NCBI GenBank assembly: GCA_963704165.1
Contig: CAVPHD010000009.1
Coordinates: 288,001 to 352,000, forward strand
DNA length: 64,000 bases
Direction of reading: 5' to 3'
Source: an uncultured delta proteobacterium
Lineage (GTDB): Bacteria > Myxococcota_A > UBA9160 > SZUA-336
Shown: positions 49,260-60,134 of the stretch, piece by piece
Layout of the letters: each line of letters begins with the position of its first letter
How positions within the stretch are numbered: the stretch's first letter is position 1
Notes under the pieces: generated by a model
What the model saw: the letters and a program-made list of their open reading frames with translations, nothing else
The model's database searches: none
Told to the model about the DNA's origin: nothing
Made by a program: the position numbers and the translations under genes

Positions 49260-50342
49260 GTGATGAGGATGCGCAGATCGCTGACCTCGGGCCTCGTCGC
49301 ACTCGCCCTCCTCTTCGCCGGCACCGCGGCGAGTGATCCCTTTCCGCTCGGACCGCCGACGAGGGACGGACCCGTACCGATCCGTGCCCGCTTCGACCTG
49401 CGCGATCTGAACAACGTCGACGAGGAAGCCGAAACCTTCGAGTTCGAAGGCGTGCTGACGATCTCGTGGCACGACACGCGGCAGGCGTTCGATCCGTCGC
49501 AAGCCGGCGTGGACGAGAAGGTCTTTCAAGGCGCCTACCAGTTCAACGAGGTCTTCGACGGCTGGTTTCCGCAGGTGCTGCTCGTCAACGAGTCCGGGGT
49601 CCCTGGGACGCAGGGCGTCGTGCTCCGCGTGAAGCCGGACGGCGAGCTCACGCTGATCCAGACCCTGAACGCGACGGCCGAGACCGATCTCGACCTGCGG
49701 CGCTACCCACTCGACCGCCAGCGACTCGACGCGGTCTTCGAAGTCCTCGGATTCGACGAGACGGAGATCGTCTTCCAGCTCGGCGCCGCCGAGTCCGAGC
49801 TTCGCGACCGAGCGATCCACTTGCCCCAGTGGGCCGTCCACCAGGTGCGAACCTCGGTTCGGAGTCGCCCCGCTCCCCATGCCGGTCGCACGGGGACGGC
49901 GTCCGCGCTCGTCGTCAGCGTGGATCTCGAGCGCGAATCCTTCTTCATGGTCCGCCTCGTGATCCTTCCGCTGGTCCTGATGGTGATGCTCTCGTGGTCC
50001 GTGTTCTGGATGGAGCGATCGTCGCTCGGCGACCGCATCAGCGTCTCGTTCATCGGAATCCTGACGGCGGTCGCCTATCAGATGGTGGTGAGCGAGATCA
50101 TGCCGCAGATCTCCTACTTCACGCTGATCAACGGCATTCTCAACCTGAGCTTCGTGCTGATGTGCGCGACGGTCGTGATCAATCTGGTCGTCGGCGCACT
50201 CGACAAGGTCGGCAAGATCGAGATGGGCGATCGCGTCGATCGGCGCTGTCGGGTGATCTTCCCGCTCGTCTACTTCGGGCTCGTCCTGCTGATGGTCATC
50301 GCCTCATTCACGCTCGTGCCCGAGACGCGATACGGGTCCTGA
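49260..50342 (+). CDS. Prokaryotic pentameric ligand-gated ion channel (GLIC/ELIC-like)
   Basis: Signal peptide, beta-rich extracellular domain with W.P and RRYPLDRQ Pro-loop, then four TM helices with M2-M3 loop MPQISYFT. Confidence 0.85.
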   Translation: MMRMRRSLTSGLVALALLFAGTAASDPFPLGPPTRDGPVPIRARFDLRDLNNVDEEAETFEFEGVLTISWHDTRQAFDPSQAGVDEKVFQGAYQFNEVFDGWFPQVLLVNESGVPGTQGVVLRVKPDGELTLIQTLNATAETDLDLRRYPLDRQRLDAVFEVLGFDETEIVFQLGAAESELRDRAIHLPQWAVHQVRTSVRSRPAPHAGRTGTASALVVSVDLERESFFMVRLVILPLVLMVMLSWSVFWMERSSLGDRISVSFIGILTAVAYQMVVSEIMPQISYFTLINGILNLSFVLMCATVVINLVVGALDKVGKIEMGDRVDRRCRVIFPLVYFGLVLLMVIASFTLVPETRYGS

Positions 50343-50370
50343 GTCCGCCCTTCGACGAGGACCTCGCCGG

Positions 50371-50895
50371 TCAGCGCCGCGAGTAGCCGAGCTCTCCGAG
50401 TTTCCGCGCGATGTCCTGACCGGCGGTTGCGGTCTTCACGTTCTTGTCGATCGCGCGCACGACGCCCGCCTCGTCGATGTAGAACGTCCAGCGCTTGGCG
50501 AAGAAGCCGCCAAGACCCGAGACGCCGTACGCCTTCGCCGCTTCTCCGGTCGGGTCGGAGAGAAGCACGTGCTTCGCCTCGAGCGACTTCGCGAACTCGG
50601 CGTTCTTCTCCGCCGAGTCGAGGCTGACCATGAACACGGTCGCCCGGAAGGCCCCGATCACCTCGGCGCTGTCACGCAGCGCCGCGAGCTCGGCCGTTCA
50701 GCCGGGCGTGAACGCCTTCGGGAACCAGGCCAGCACGACGCCCTCTTTCCCGAGGAACTCCGCAAGCGAATGGGTCTTGCCGTCGGAGCCCTGAAGCGTG
50801 AAGTCCGGCGCGCGCGAACCGACGTCGGGATCGGCGGCGCGCGCGCCGTCCGCGACGCCGAAGAGAACCGCGAGCGACGCGAGCACGCGCTTCAT
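50371..50895 (-). CDS. Peroxiredoxin (AhpC/TSA, BCP-like) selenoprotein; in-frame TGA at 50698-50700
   Basis: APDFTL..WFPKAFTPG-TGA-TAE continues in frame to LLSDP..AKAYG..KRWTFYID; TGA sits at the PxxxTxxC cysteine. Confidence 0.9.
50664..50684 (-). other. Candidate bacterial SECIS hairpin
   Basis: CGGCGCUG-CGUGA-CAGCGCCG: 8-bp stem, loop begins 21 nt after UGA, G in loop position 2. Confidence 0.7.
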
Positions 50896-51311
50896 CCGGC
50901 GAGCGCCTTCCCGTGCTTGGCCATCCACTCGCCCATCGCCTTCTGCGCGGCCGGATCGAAGTCATCGCGAAGCAGCGCGATCCGATCCCCGTCGAACTCG
51001 GCCGTCTCCACGCCGGAGATGACGAGATCCGGAAGTCCCTTCTTCGTGTAGGACACGGACCACGTCATCTTCAGCGTGTTTCCCTTCACCGTCGGCCTGG
51101 CGAAGTCGGGCGTGCGGCTGTCCATTCGGCGGTCGAAACCGTCGACTCCCGCCTTGAGCTTGGCGAGCACGGCGTCGCGACCGCGCGCGGCGGGGTCACC
51201 TTCGTAGACCGCGCCCGGCGTGAAGTAGGTCTCGAGTCGTGACCAGTCGTCGTCGACGAGGCTCTCTTCGAATGCGTCCGCGTAGGCGAGATAGCGATCC
51301 AGGATGGTCAT
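50892..51311 (-). CDS. NTF2-like/SnoaL-like protein
   Basis: YFTPGAVY, GRDAV, FDGDRIALLRD; GAGGAGG RBS. Confidence 0.75.
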   Translation of the reverse strand: MTILDRYLAYADAFEESLVDDDWSRLETYFTPGAVYEGDPAARGRDAVLAKLKAGVDGFDRRMDSRTPDFARPTVKGNTLKMTWSVSYTKKGLPDLVISGVETAEFDGDRIALLRDDFDPAAQKAMGEWMAKHGKALAG

Positions 51312-51329
51312 GTCGGTGTCCTCCTCGCT

Positions 51330-52926
51330 TCAGTTTACCCTGCGGCCACCCTTCCAGTACTTCTCGCGCAGCACGAACTTCTGCAGCTTGCCGGTGGCGG
51401 TGCGCGGCAGCGCGTCGACGAAGTCGACCGAGGTCGGGCACTTGAAGTGGGCGAGGTGCTCGCGGCAGAAGGCGATCAGCTCCGGCTTCGGTCGCCGTCG
51501 CGCCCGGCGCGCAGGACGACGAGCGCCTTCGGCGTCTCGCCCCACTTCTCGTGCGGCACGCCGATCACCGCGCACTCGAGCACCGCCGGGTGCTGGTAGA
51601 GCGCGTCCTCGATCTCGGGCGAGCTGATGTTCTCGCCGCCGGAGATGATCACGTCCTTCTTGCGGTCGACGATGTGGATGTTGCCGATCTCGTCCCAGAC
51701 GCGCGAGGTCGCCGGTGTGGAAGTAGCCGTCGTAGATGGCCGCGGCGGTCTCGTCGGGCTGCTCCCAGTAGCCCTTGAAGACGACGTTCGAGCGCGCGCA
51801 GACCTCGCCGACGGCGTTGCCGTCCCTGGGCACGGGCTGGCCGTCGTCGTCGAGCACGCTGGATCTCGACGCCGATCGCGGCGCACGCCGGCGCGGGCGC
51901 GGCGCGCCCAGTCGCTCGCTGCCGGTGTCGCGAAGTCGGGCTGCGAGACGGTGAGCAGCGGCGCGGTCTCGGTGAGCCCGTAGATCTGGATGAACTCCCA
52001 GCCGAGCTCCTTCTCGAGGCGCTCGATGAACGCGGCCGGCGGCGGCGCACCGGCGACGGTGAAGCGCGGCCGGGTGCGTGATCGCGTGCTTCGCCTTGTC
52101 GGGGTAGTCGAGGATCGTGCGCAGCACCGCCGGCGCCATGCAGGCGAAGGTCACGCCTCTCGTCGCTCGATCAGCTCGATAGATGCCGCTGCGCGTCGAC
52201 CGCGCGCAGCACGACGTGGGTGCCGCCCATGCCGGTGAGCGCGTAGACGCCGCCCCAGCCGTTGCAGTGGAACATCGGCAGCGTCCAGAGCTCGACGTCG
52301 TCGTGGCGAGATGCGCAGGTGGGCGATGAGGTTGTAGGCGTTCATGTAGCAGTTGCGGTGCGTGAGCATCACGCCCTTGGGCCGCGCGGTGGTGCCCGAG
52401 GTGTAGTTGATCGAGACGACGTCGTTCTCGTCGTGCTCGACGCGCGGGCGGCGCGGTCGTCGGGCTCGGCTTCGATCAGCGCGTCCCAGTCCAGCCAGCC
52501 GGCGGGCGCGGCGCCGGTCGTCCTGCGCGACGATCCAGTGCTCGACGCTCGCGCAGCTGCGGGCGGATCTCGTCGACGACGCTCGGTGTACTCGTAGTCG
52601 ACGAGCACGGCGCTGCACGCCGGCGTGGTTGAGGATGTACTCGTGGTCGGCGGCGACCAGGCGGTAGTTGAGCGGCACGAGGATCGCGCCGATCTGGGCT
52701 GTCGCCGTAGAAGCTCTCGAGGAAGAAGTGCGAGTTGGGACTGAGGATGCAGACGCGGTCGCCCTGCTCGACGCCGAGCCGAGCAGCGCGTGCGCGAGCT
52801 GGTTCACGCGCGCCTGAAGCTCGCGGTAGCGTGAAGCGCCGCTCGCCGTCGACGATGGCGAGTCTTGTCCGGGTAGAGCTTCGCGGCGCGGCGCAGGAAG
52901 TCGTCGACGAGCAGCGGGACTTCCAC
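51330..52926 (-). CDS. Acyl-CoA synthetase (AMP-forming), multiply frameshifted
   Basis: [40 protein letters not shown] across frames. Confidence 0.88.
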
Positions 52927-52938
52927 CGCTTCCCGCCC

Positions 52939-54021
52939 CTAACTCATCATGATGACGCTGCGCGCCACCTCGCCCGTCTCGAGCGCTTCGAAGGCCGCGT
53001 TCACGTCGGTGAGCTTGATCCGGCGCGAGACCAGGTCGTCGAGGTTGAGCTTTCCGTTCAGGTACATGTCGACGTACTTCGGCATGTCGGTGCGGAAGCG
53101 ATTGCTGCCCATGCTCGAGCCCTGGATCTTCTTCTCGAAGAGGAAGTCGACGCCGGGGAGCTCGACCTTCTGGCCGAGCGGGATCATGCCGATCACCGTC
53201 GCGGTGCCACCGTTCTTCAGCATCGCGAAGGCCTGTTCGGCAGCGATCTTCAGACCGATCGCCTCGAACGAGTAGTCCACGCCACCGCTCGTCAGCTCCT
53301 TCACCTGATCGACCGGGTTGCCCTTCTTCGCGTTCACGGTGTCGGTGGCGCCGAACTTGCGCGCGAGCTCGAGCTTCGAGTCGAGCATGTCCACCGCGAT
53401 CACACGCCCCGCGCCCGCGATCGCCGCGCCTTGCACGGCCGAGAGCCCGACGCCCCCGCAGCCGATCACCGCCACCGTCGAGCCGGGTGCGACCTTGGCC
53501 GTGTTGAAGACCGCGCCGACGCCCGTCGTCACGCCGCAGCCGATCAGCGCGGCGCGGTCGAGCGGCATGTCCTTGCGGATCTTCACGATCGCGTTCTCGT
53601 GCACGAGCATCTGCTCCGCGAACGAGGAAAGGTCGAGGAACTGCCACACGGGCGTGCCCCCCTTCGAGAGACGCGGGGCGTCGGTCGGCGCGCGGCGAAG
53701 CCCCTCTTTCGCGCAGAGCGCCGGACGGCCCGACAGGCAGAACTCGCAGAGCCCGCAGAAGACCGAGAGGCAGGTGATCACGTGGTCGCCGGGCTCGACG
53801 TAGTGGACCTCGGAGCCGACCTGCTCGACGACGCCCGCCGACTCGTGCCCGAGCACCGCCGGCAGCGGGTACAGATAGGCGCCCGTCTGGAAGTGCAGAT
53901 CGCTGTGGCACACGCCCGCAGCGACCGTCCGCACGAGCACCTCGCGCGGCCCGGGCTTTGAGATCTCGATGTCCTCGATCGAGAGAGGCTGCTTCACCCC
54001 TCGCAAGACCGCTGCCTTCAT
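52939..54021 (-). CDS. Zn-dependent alcohol dehydrogenase
   Basis: CHSD, GHE, CxxCxxC...C, GCGGVG. Confidence 0.96.
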   Translation of the reverse strand: MKAAVLRGVKQPLSIEDIEISKPGPREVLVRTVAAGVCHSDLHFQTGAYLYPLPAVLGHESAGVVEQVGSEVHYVEPGDHVITCLSVFCGLCEFCLSGRPALCAKEGLRRAPTDAPRLSKGGTPVWQFLDLSSFAEQMLVHENAIVKIRKDMPLDRAALIGCGVTTGVGAVFNTAKVAPGSTVAVIGCGGVGLSAVQGAAIAGAGRVIAVDMLDSKLELARKFGATDTVNAKKGNPVDQVKELTSGGVDYSFEAIGLKIAAEQAFAMLKNGGTATVIGMIPLGQKVELPGVDFLFEKKIQGSSMGSNRFRTDMPKYVDMYLNGKLNLDDLVSRRIKLTDVNAAFEALETGEVARSVIMMS

Positions 54022-54108
54022 GACGTCCCTTTCCTTCGCGCGGCGTCGCGCGGCTGCGATTCTGAAGCGATACGCGCTCCGGGTCAAAGCCGTCTAGAAT
54101 CCCGCGCG

Positions 54109-54999
54109 GTGATTCCCGAGCACGAGATCCGACGCGAGCGACTCCAGCTTCCCGGTCGCGGCGTCACGCTCGCATCGGTCGATTGGGGCGGAGAGGGTCC
54201 GCTGGCCCTGCTCTCGCACGCGAACGGGTTCTGCGCCGACGTGCTCGGCCTGCTGGCCGAGCGGCTTCGCCCGCGCTTTCGCGTGATCGGCTTCGATTCG
54301 CGCGGCCACGGCGATTCCGAGAAGCTCGAGGCGCCCGGCGCGTACGCCTGGGAGGACTTCGTGCTCGACGCGATCGCGGTGACCGAGCACGTCGTCCACG
54401 AGTTCGGCGCCGCGCGCGTCGCACTCGGTCTGGGCCACAGCTTCGGGGGCACGTGCATCCTCGCCGCGGCATCGCGGCGACCCGATCTCTTCGAGCGGAT
54501 CGCTCTGCTCGATCCGGTGATCCTGCCCCGCGCGGACGACCCGAGCGGTTGGCGACCGCCGACGAACGCGCCCCACCCCGCGGCCGAGATCGCGCGGAAG
54601 CGCGCCCACGTCTTCCCGTCGCGCGAGGCGGCACGCGAGAAATGGCGCGCGCGCGGAACCTTTGGCGATTGGGATCCACGCGCGCTCGACCTCTACCTCC
54701 GCTACGCCTTCGCGGACCTGCCGGACGGCCGCATCGACCTCAAGTGCCCGGGCGAGGTCGAGGCCGCCGTGTACGAGCAGGGCGGCGGCTTCGATTCCTG
54801 GCGCGAGATCGCCGAGCTCCGCGTTCCGGGGCTTTTGCTGCACGCCGGACGCGGGAACTTTCCGCTCCCGTTCATCGAGAAGTTCTGCGCGCAATCCAAC
54901 GCGCTCGAGTGTCGCTCGCTCGACGCATCCCACCTGCTTCCCATGGTCGCGCCGGATCTCGTCGCCGACGAGCTGCTCGGCTGGGTTGGAGCGGCGTAG
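54109..54999 (+). CDS. Alpha/beta hydrolase
   Basis: HANGF, RGHG, GHSFGG, SHLLPM. Confidence 0.9.
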   Translation: MIPEHEIRRERLQLPGRGVTLASVDWGGEGPLALLSHANGFCADVLGLLAERLRPRFRVIGFDSRGHGDSEKLEAPGAYAWEDFVLDAIAVTEHVVHEFGAARVALGLGHSFGGTCILAAASRRPDLFERIALLDPVILPRADDPSGWRPPTNAPHPAAEIARKRAHVFPSREAAREKWRARGTFGDWDPRALDLYLRYAFADLPDGRIDLKCPGEVEAAVYEQGGGFDSWREIAELRVPGLLLHAGRGNFPLPFIEKFCAQSNALECRSLDASHLLPMVAPDLVADELLGWVGAA

Positions 55000-55003
55000 C
55001 GCG

Positions 55004-57354
55004 ATGGCGAACGGCAGCGCCCCTGGAGCGTTGATCGGCGGAGGGCTCGGAACCGGACGCGCGGGCTTCGGAACCGGCGCGGTCTTCCTGACCACGCTCT
55101 CGACGATCCTCGGCGCGATCCTGTTCCTGCGGCTCGGCTACGCCGTCGCACACGTCAGCCTGCTCGGGACGCTGGCGATCATCGTGCTCGGGCACCTCGT
55201 CACCGTGCCGACCTCGATGGCGATCGCGGAGATCGCCACCAACCAGCGCGTCGAGGGCGGCGGCGTCTACTTCATGCTCTCGCGTTCCTTCGGCCTCGTG
55301 ATCGGCGGCGCGATCGGAATTGCGCTCTACCTCTCGCAGGCGATCAGCATCGCGTTCTACGTGATCGCCTTCGCCGAGGCGTTCAAACCGGTCTTCGCCT
55401 GGCTCGACGCCGCCTACGGCATCGCACTCCTCGATCTGCGCATCGTCAGCGTTCCCAGCATGCTCGTGATCGCCGCGCTCATGCGCGCGCGCGGGGCGGC
55501 CATGGGACTCAGCGTGCTCTACGTGGTGATCGCGACGCTCTTCGCGTCGCTCGCGCTCTTCTTCGCCGGGCCTGCCATCCAGAGCGTGGACTTCGACGTG
55601 GCGGTCGCCACCGTCGAGAACTCGGACTCGTTCTTCAGGGTCTTTGCGATCTGCTTCCCGGCCTTCACCGGACTCACCGCGGGCGTGGGTCTCTCGGGAG
55701 ATCTGCGCGACCCGAAACGCTCGATCCCGCTCGGAACCCTCGGAGCCGTCGTCACGGGCCTCGCGGTCTACCTGCTCGTCGCCTGGAAGCTGGCCTCCTC
55801 GGCCACACCGGATCAGCTCGCCGGCGACGCGCTGATCATGTCGCAGATCGCGCTCTTGGTCCGATCATCCCGATCGGGCTCGCGGCCGCGACGCTCTCGT
55901 CGGCGCTCGGCTCGGTCTTGGTCGCGCCGCGCACGATCCAGGCGGTGGCGATCGACGGCGCCTTTCCGTCACGTGGCATCGGAGGCTGGCTCGCGAAGAC
56001 GCGCGAGCGCGACGACGAGCCGGTGAACGCGTCATTGGTGACCTGTGCGATCGCGCTCGTCTTCGTGCTGATCGGCGACGTCGACTTCGTCGCCCAGATC
56101 ATCACGATGTTCTTCATGGTGACCTACGGCGCGATCTGCCTGGTCTCGTTCTTCGAGCACTTCGCCTCCGATCCCTCGTATCGCCCGGCCTTTCGCTCGC
56201 GTTGGTGGGTCTCGCTTCCCGGTGCCGTCCTGTGCGCGATCCTGATGGTGCAGATCAGCGTCGGCTACGCGGTGCTCGCGGTCGCGCTTCTGCTCCTGCT
56301 CTTCGCGGTCGTCCGACAGTACCTGCGCGACGTCACGAGCCCGGTCGATCTCTTCCAGGGCGCGATCTTCCAGGTGAGCCGCCGGCTGCAGCTCCGGATC
56401 CAGCGCACGCAGCGCGGCCGCGAGAGCGTGAACTGGCGTCCGGCCGCGGTCTGTCTCTCGGACTCGAGCTTCCGGCGCACGGGCGTGCTCGACGTCCTGC
56501 GCTGGATCGCCCACCGCCACGGCTTCGCGACCTACATCCACTTCCTGGAAGGCTATCTCTCGAAGAGCACGCACGAAGAGGCGCAAGAGATCCTCGAGCG
56601 CGTGATCCGACTCGTCGAGGGCAGCAAGGGGAACATCTACGTCGATACGATGGTGAGCCCTTCGTTCACGTCGGCGTTCTCGCAGCTGATCCAGCTTCCC
56701 GGAATCGCCGGGAAGGACAACAACCTGGTGATCTTCGACTTCGAGAAGTCCGACCCGTCGCCGCTCGACCACGCCGTCGAGCACATTCCGATGGCGCTCG
56801 CGACCGACTTCGACGTCTGCGTCCTGGGGTTGGCCGAGCGCGGCTTCGGCTACCGGCGCGAGATCCACCTGTGGATCAAGCCGGGCGACTACGAGAACGC
56901 GAACTTGATCGTGCTGCTCGCGTACATCCTGGGCGCGCACCCCGACTGGCAGCAGGCCGAGATCAAGATGTTCGAGATCGTGCCCGAGAGCGAACGCGAG
57001 CAACGCGGCGAGGAGATGCGGGCGCTGGTGACCTCGGGCCGGTTGCCGATCTCGCCGCGAAACATCGAGGCGATCGCGCCCAAGAACGGCGAGGATCCCT
57101 CGTCGATCATGGCGGAGCGGTCTCGCGACGCGGATCTCGTGATCATGGGCTTCCGACGCGAGATCCTGCGCCGCCAGGGCCGTGCGCTCTTCGAACGCTA
57201 CAGCGAGCTGCCGACCACGCTCTTCGTCTGCGCGGTCGCCCAGATCGAGATGGAACGAAGCTCCGCGCCCGCCGGGTCCGACAGCGGTGAAGAGCCGGCG
57301 GGCGAGGACGACTCGGCACCGGACGCGCGCGCCGAAGCCGGACGCAGGGCTTGA
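55004..57354 (+). CDS. Cation-chloride cotransporter-like APC permease (frameshift near 55858)
   Basis: ILGAILFLR, IATN..GGGVYFMLSRSFG, FPAFTG, SGDLRDP..SIPLGT, NWRP cytoplasmic domain. Confidence 0.85.
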
Positions 57355-59570
57355 GCGAAGAGGATTCGAACCGGACGCTCGGTCTCTTCGGTGCGATCGG
57401 CGTCGGCGTCGGAGCGATCGTCGGAGGAGGCATCCTCGCGCTCGCCGGCGCCGCCTTCGCGGCCACCGGTCCGAGCGCGATCGTCGCCTTCGCGGCGAAC
57501 GGCGCGATCGCCCTCGTCACCGCCCATAGCTTCGGTCAGCTCGCCTCGCGGTTTCCCGAATCCGGCGGCACGTACACGTTCGCGAAGAAGGTCCTCTCGG
57601 TCGAAGCGGCGTTCCTGGTCGGATGGGTGGTGTGGTTCGCCTCGATCGTCGCCGCGGTTCTGTACGCGCTCGGCTTCGCGGCGTTTGCGCTCGTCGTGAT
57701 CGAGCGCCTGCTCGAGGCTTCCGGCGCGGGCTTGCCGGGCTGGCTCTCGGGGCGCGAAGCGCTGGTCGCGTTGGCCGCAGCCGCGACGCTGTACTACGCG
57801 CTGAGCCTGTGGCGCCGGAGCGCCGGCGGCGGCCCGTGGGTCTCGGTCGCGAAGGTGGGGGTCTTCGCGCTCGTCATCGCCGGCGGCATCTTCGCGTTCG
57901 CGACCGCACCGCCGCCCGATCTCGGCGCGCAGCTCACCCCGTTCTTCTCCGGCGGCGCGCTCGGGCTGATCTCCGCGATGGGGTACACGTTCATCGCTCT
58001 GCAGGGCTTCGACTTGATCGCGGCCGTCGGCGGCGAGGTCCGGGATCCCGAACGGAACCTGCCGCGCGCGATGCGGATCTCGCTCGTGATCGCGCTCGCG
58101 ATCTACCTGCCCCTCCTGTTCCTCGCGACGACGGTCGGGATCGAGCCCGGGGAATCGATCGCCGCCGCAAGCGCCGCCGCTCCGGAAACGATCGTCGCGC
58201 GCGCGGCCGAGCGCTTCCTCGGCCCGCTCGGGTACTGGCTCGTGGTCGTCGCGGCGATCCTGGCGATGCTGAGCGCGCTTCAGGCCAATCTCTTCGGAGC
58301 CTCGCGCGTGGCGCTCGCGATGGCACGCGACCGCACCCTGCCCGAGGTCGTCGGCCGACTCCGATTGGTGTCGGGGACTCCGGGCAACGCGGTGCTCGCG
58401 ACGAGCGCCGCCGTGATCGCGATCGCGATCGCGATTCCCGACGTCAGCGACGCGGGCGCCGCCTCGAGCCTGATCTTCCTGATCACGTTCGCGATCGCAC
58501 ACTGGACGAATCTCCTGGTGTTGCGACGATCGGGCGCGGCGCTGGCTCCCGGCCTGCGCGCGTGGCCCGTCCTTCCGATCCTCGGCGGCGTCGCGTGCCT
58601 CTCGCTCGCGGCCTTCCAGGGTTTCGCGGTCACGTCGGCCGGTGCGCTGACCGCGGTCTGGCTCGTACTCGGCTTCGCGTTCTATCTGACCGTGCTCGCA
58701 CCGCGTGCGCGCGTCGCCGATGCCGCCGCGTTGGCCTTCGATCCGAATCTCGTTCAGCTCCGGGGCCTGAGCCCGCTCGTCCTGGTTCCGATCTCCAACC
58801 CCGCGAGCGCGCGGGGGTTGATCGGCGTGGCGGGCGCGCTCGTGACGCCCCACGTCGGCCGGACGCTCGTGCTCTCGGTCGTGCATCCCCCGGACGATCC
58901 ACGCCTCGAGGATCTGAAGCGCGTTCGCGATCTGCTCGAGCTTCTGTCCGAATCGTTTCACGCCTCGTTCGAACGAGAGCTGACTCCGGAGACGTTGATC
59001 ACCGTCGGCGCGGATCCCTGGATCGAGATCGCGCGCGTCGCGCGCTCCCATCGCTGCGAGAGCCTGCTGATCGGACTCAGCCGCCTCGAAGGCAAGGTCG
59101 TGGCCGCGCGCATCGAGGAGCTGATGGCGCGGGTCGCGTGCGACGTCGTCGTCCTGCGCGCCGCGCCGGAGTGGCGTCTGATCAGCGCGCGCCGCGTGCT
59201 CGTGCCCGTCGGCGGCCGCCGCGACCAGAGCCTCGTGCGCGCGCGCCTGCTCGGAAGCATGCTGCGCACGGCGCCGCGCGAGGTCTGCTTCCTGCGCGTG
59301 ATGTCCCCGCGGGCCAGCGATGGCGAATGCGCGCTGGCCGAACGGGAGCTTCGCTCGCTCGCGCGCGACGAGCTCCCCGGAGCCGCGAAGTTCGAGCTCG
59401 TGCGCGCCGACGATCCCGGAAGCGAGCTCGTGCGCCGTGCCGCGGACTACGATCTGGTGGTGCTCGGAGCGCAGCGTCGGCACCGCCACGACAAGGCCTT
59501 CGGCGAGATCCCGATGCGCATCGCGCGCGAGACCGACCGCGCGCTGATACTGATCAGCCGAGCGGGCTGA
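57351..59570 (+). CDS. APC amino-acid permease fused to USP-like domains
   Basis: VGAIVGGGI, FPESGGTY, GEVRDPERN; C-terminal VLVPISNP and VLVPVGG USP-like repeats. Confidence 0.88.
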   Translation: MSEEDSNRTLGLFGAIGVGVGAIVGGGILALAGAAFAATGPSAIVAFAANGAIALVTAHSFGQLASRFPESGGTYTFAKKVLSVEAAFLVGWVVWFASIVAAVLYALGFAAFALVVIERLLEASGAGLPGWLSGREALVALAAAATLYYALSLWRRSAGGGPWVSVAKVGVFALVIAGGIFAFATAPPPDLGAQLTPFFSGGALGLISAMGYTFIALQGFDLIAAVGGEVRDPERNLPRAMRISLVIALAIYLPLLFLATTVGIEPGESIAAASAAAPETIVARAAERFLGPLGYWLVVVAAILAMLSALQANLFGASRVALAMARDRTLPEVVGRLRLVSGTPGNAVLATSAAVIAIAIAIPDVSDAGAASSLIFLITFAIAHWTNLLVLRRSGAALAPGLRAWPVLPILGGVACLSLAAFQGFAVTSAGALTAVWLVLGFAFYLTVLAPRARVADAAALAFDPNLVQLRGLSPLVLVPISNPASARGLIGVAGALVTPHVGRTLVLSVVHPPDDPRLEDLKRVRDLLELLSESFHASFERELTPETLITVGADPWIEIARVARSHRCESLLIGLSRLEGKVVAARIEELMARVACDVVVLRAAPEWRLISARRVLVPVGGRRDQSLVRARLLGSMLRTAPREVCFLRVMSPRASDGECALAERELRSLARDELPGAAKFELVRADDPGSELVRRAADYDLVVLGAQRRHRHDKAFGEIPMRIARETDRALILISRAG

Positions 59571-60129
59571 CCGCTCTTCGCGCGACGATCCGCGCCTGGC
59601 AGCGGTCGTGCAGCCAGCCCTCCCGGTAGTAGACGACCTCGAGCGAGGCGCAGAGGCGGAGCAGTTCGTTCGGTTCGAGGAGGAATCGCCGCGACGGCCT
59701 TGCGTGTCTCTCCAGGTTTCGAACGGTCGAGATCTCGCAGACCAGAACGCCGCCGGGTTCGAGCCGCGCACCGAGCCCGGCGAAGAGATCGCGCTGCAGG
59801 TAGTGGAAGCAGCTGATCGCGTCGAAGGCCAGAGCCGGTAGCGACTCGGTCTCGAGGTCGAGCGCGTGGGTGCGGAGCTCGAGCCCCTCTCGCGACGCGG
59901 CGACGCTCGCGCGTTCGAGTCCTGCGGCCGAGATGTCGGCCGCGTGCGCTTCCATCCCGCGACGGGCCCAGTAGAGCGCCATGCGGCCCGCGCCGGCGGC
60001 GATGTCGAGCGCGCGTCCGGCGCGCGGCAGCTCGGCATCGACCTCGAGCAGCCATTCCGGCGCGGCTTCGCCCTCGTGCGCGTTCTCGCGCCAGATCCGG
60101 TCCCAGCGCTCTCGCTCCGCGTCCGCCAT
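59554..60129 (-). CDS. Class I SAM-dependent methyltransferase (TehB-like)
   Basis: ERWDRIW, ALDIAAGAGR, ADIS, LEPGG, FLLEPNEL. Confidence 0.85.
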   Translation of the reverse strand: MADAERERWDRIWRENAHEGEAAPEWLLEVDAELPRAGRALDIAAGAGRMALYWARRGMEAHAADISAAGLERASVAASREGLELRTHALDLETESLPALAFDAISCFHYLQRDLFAGLGARLEPGGVLVCEISTVRNLERHARPSRRFLLEPNELLRLCASLEVVYYREGWLHDRCQARIVARRAVSPLG

Positions 60130-60134
60130 CCGGA

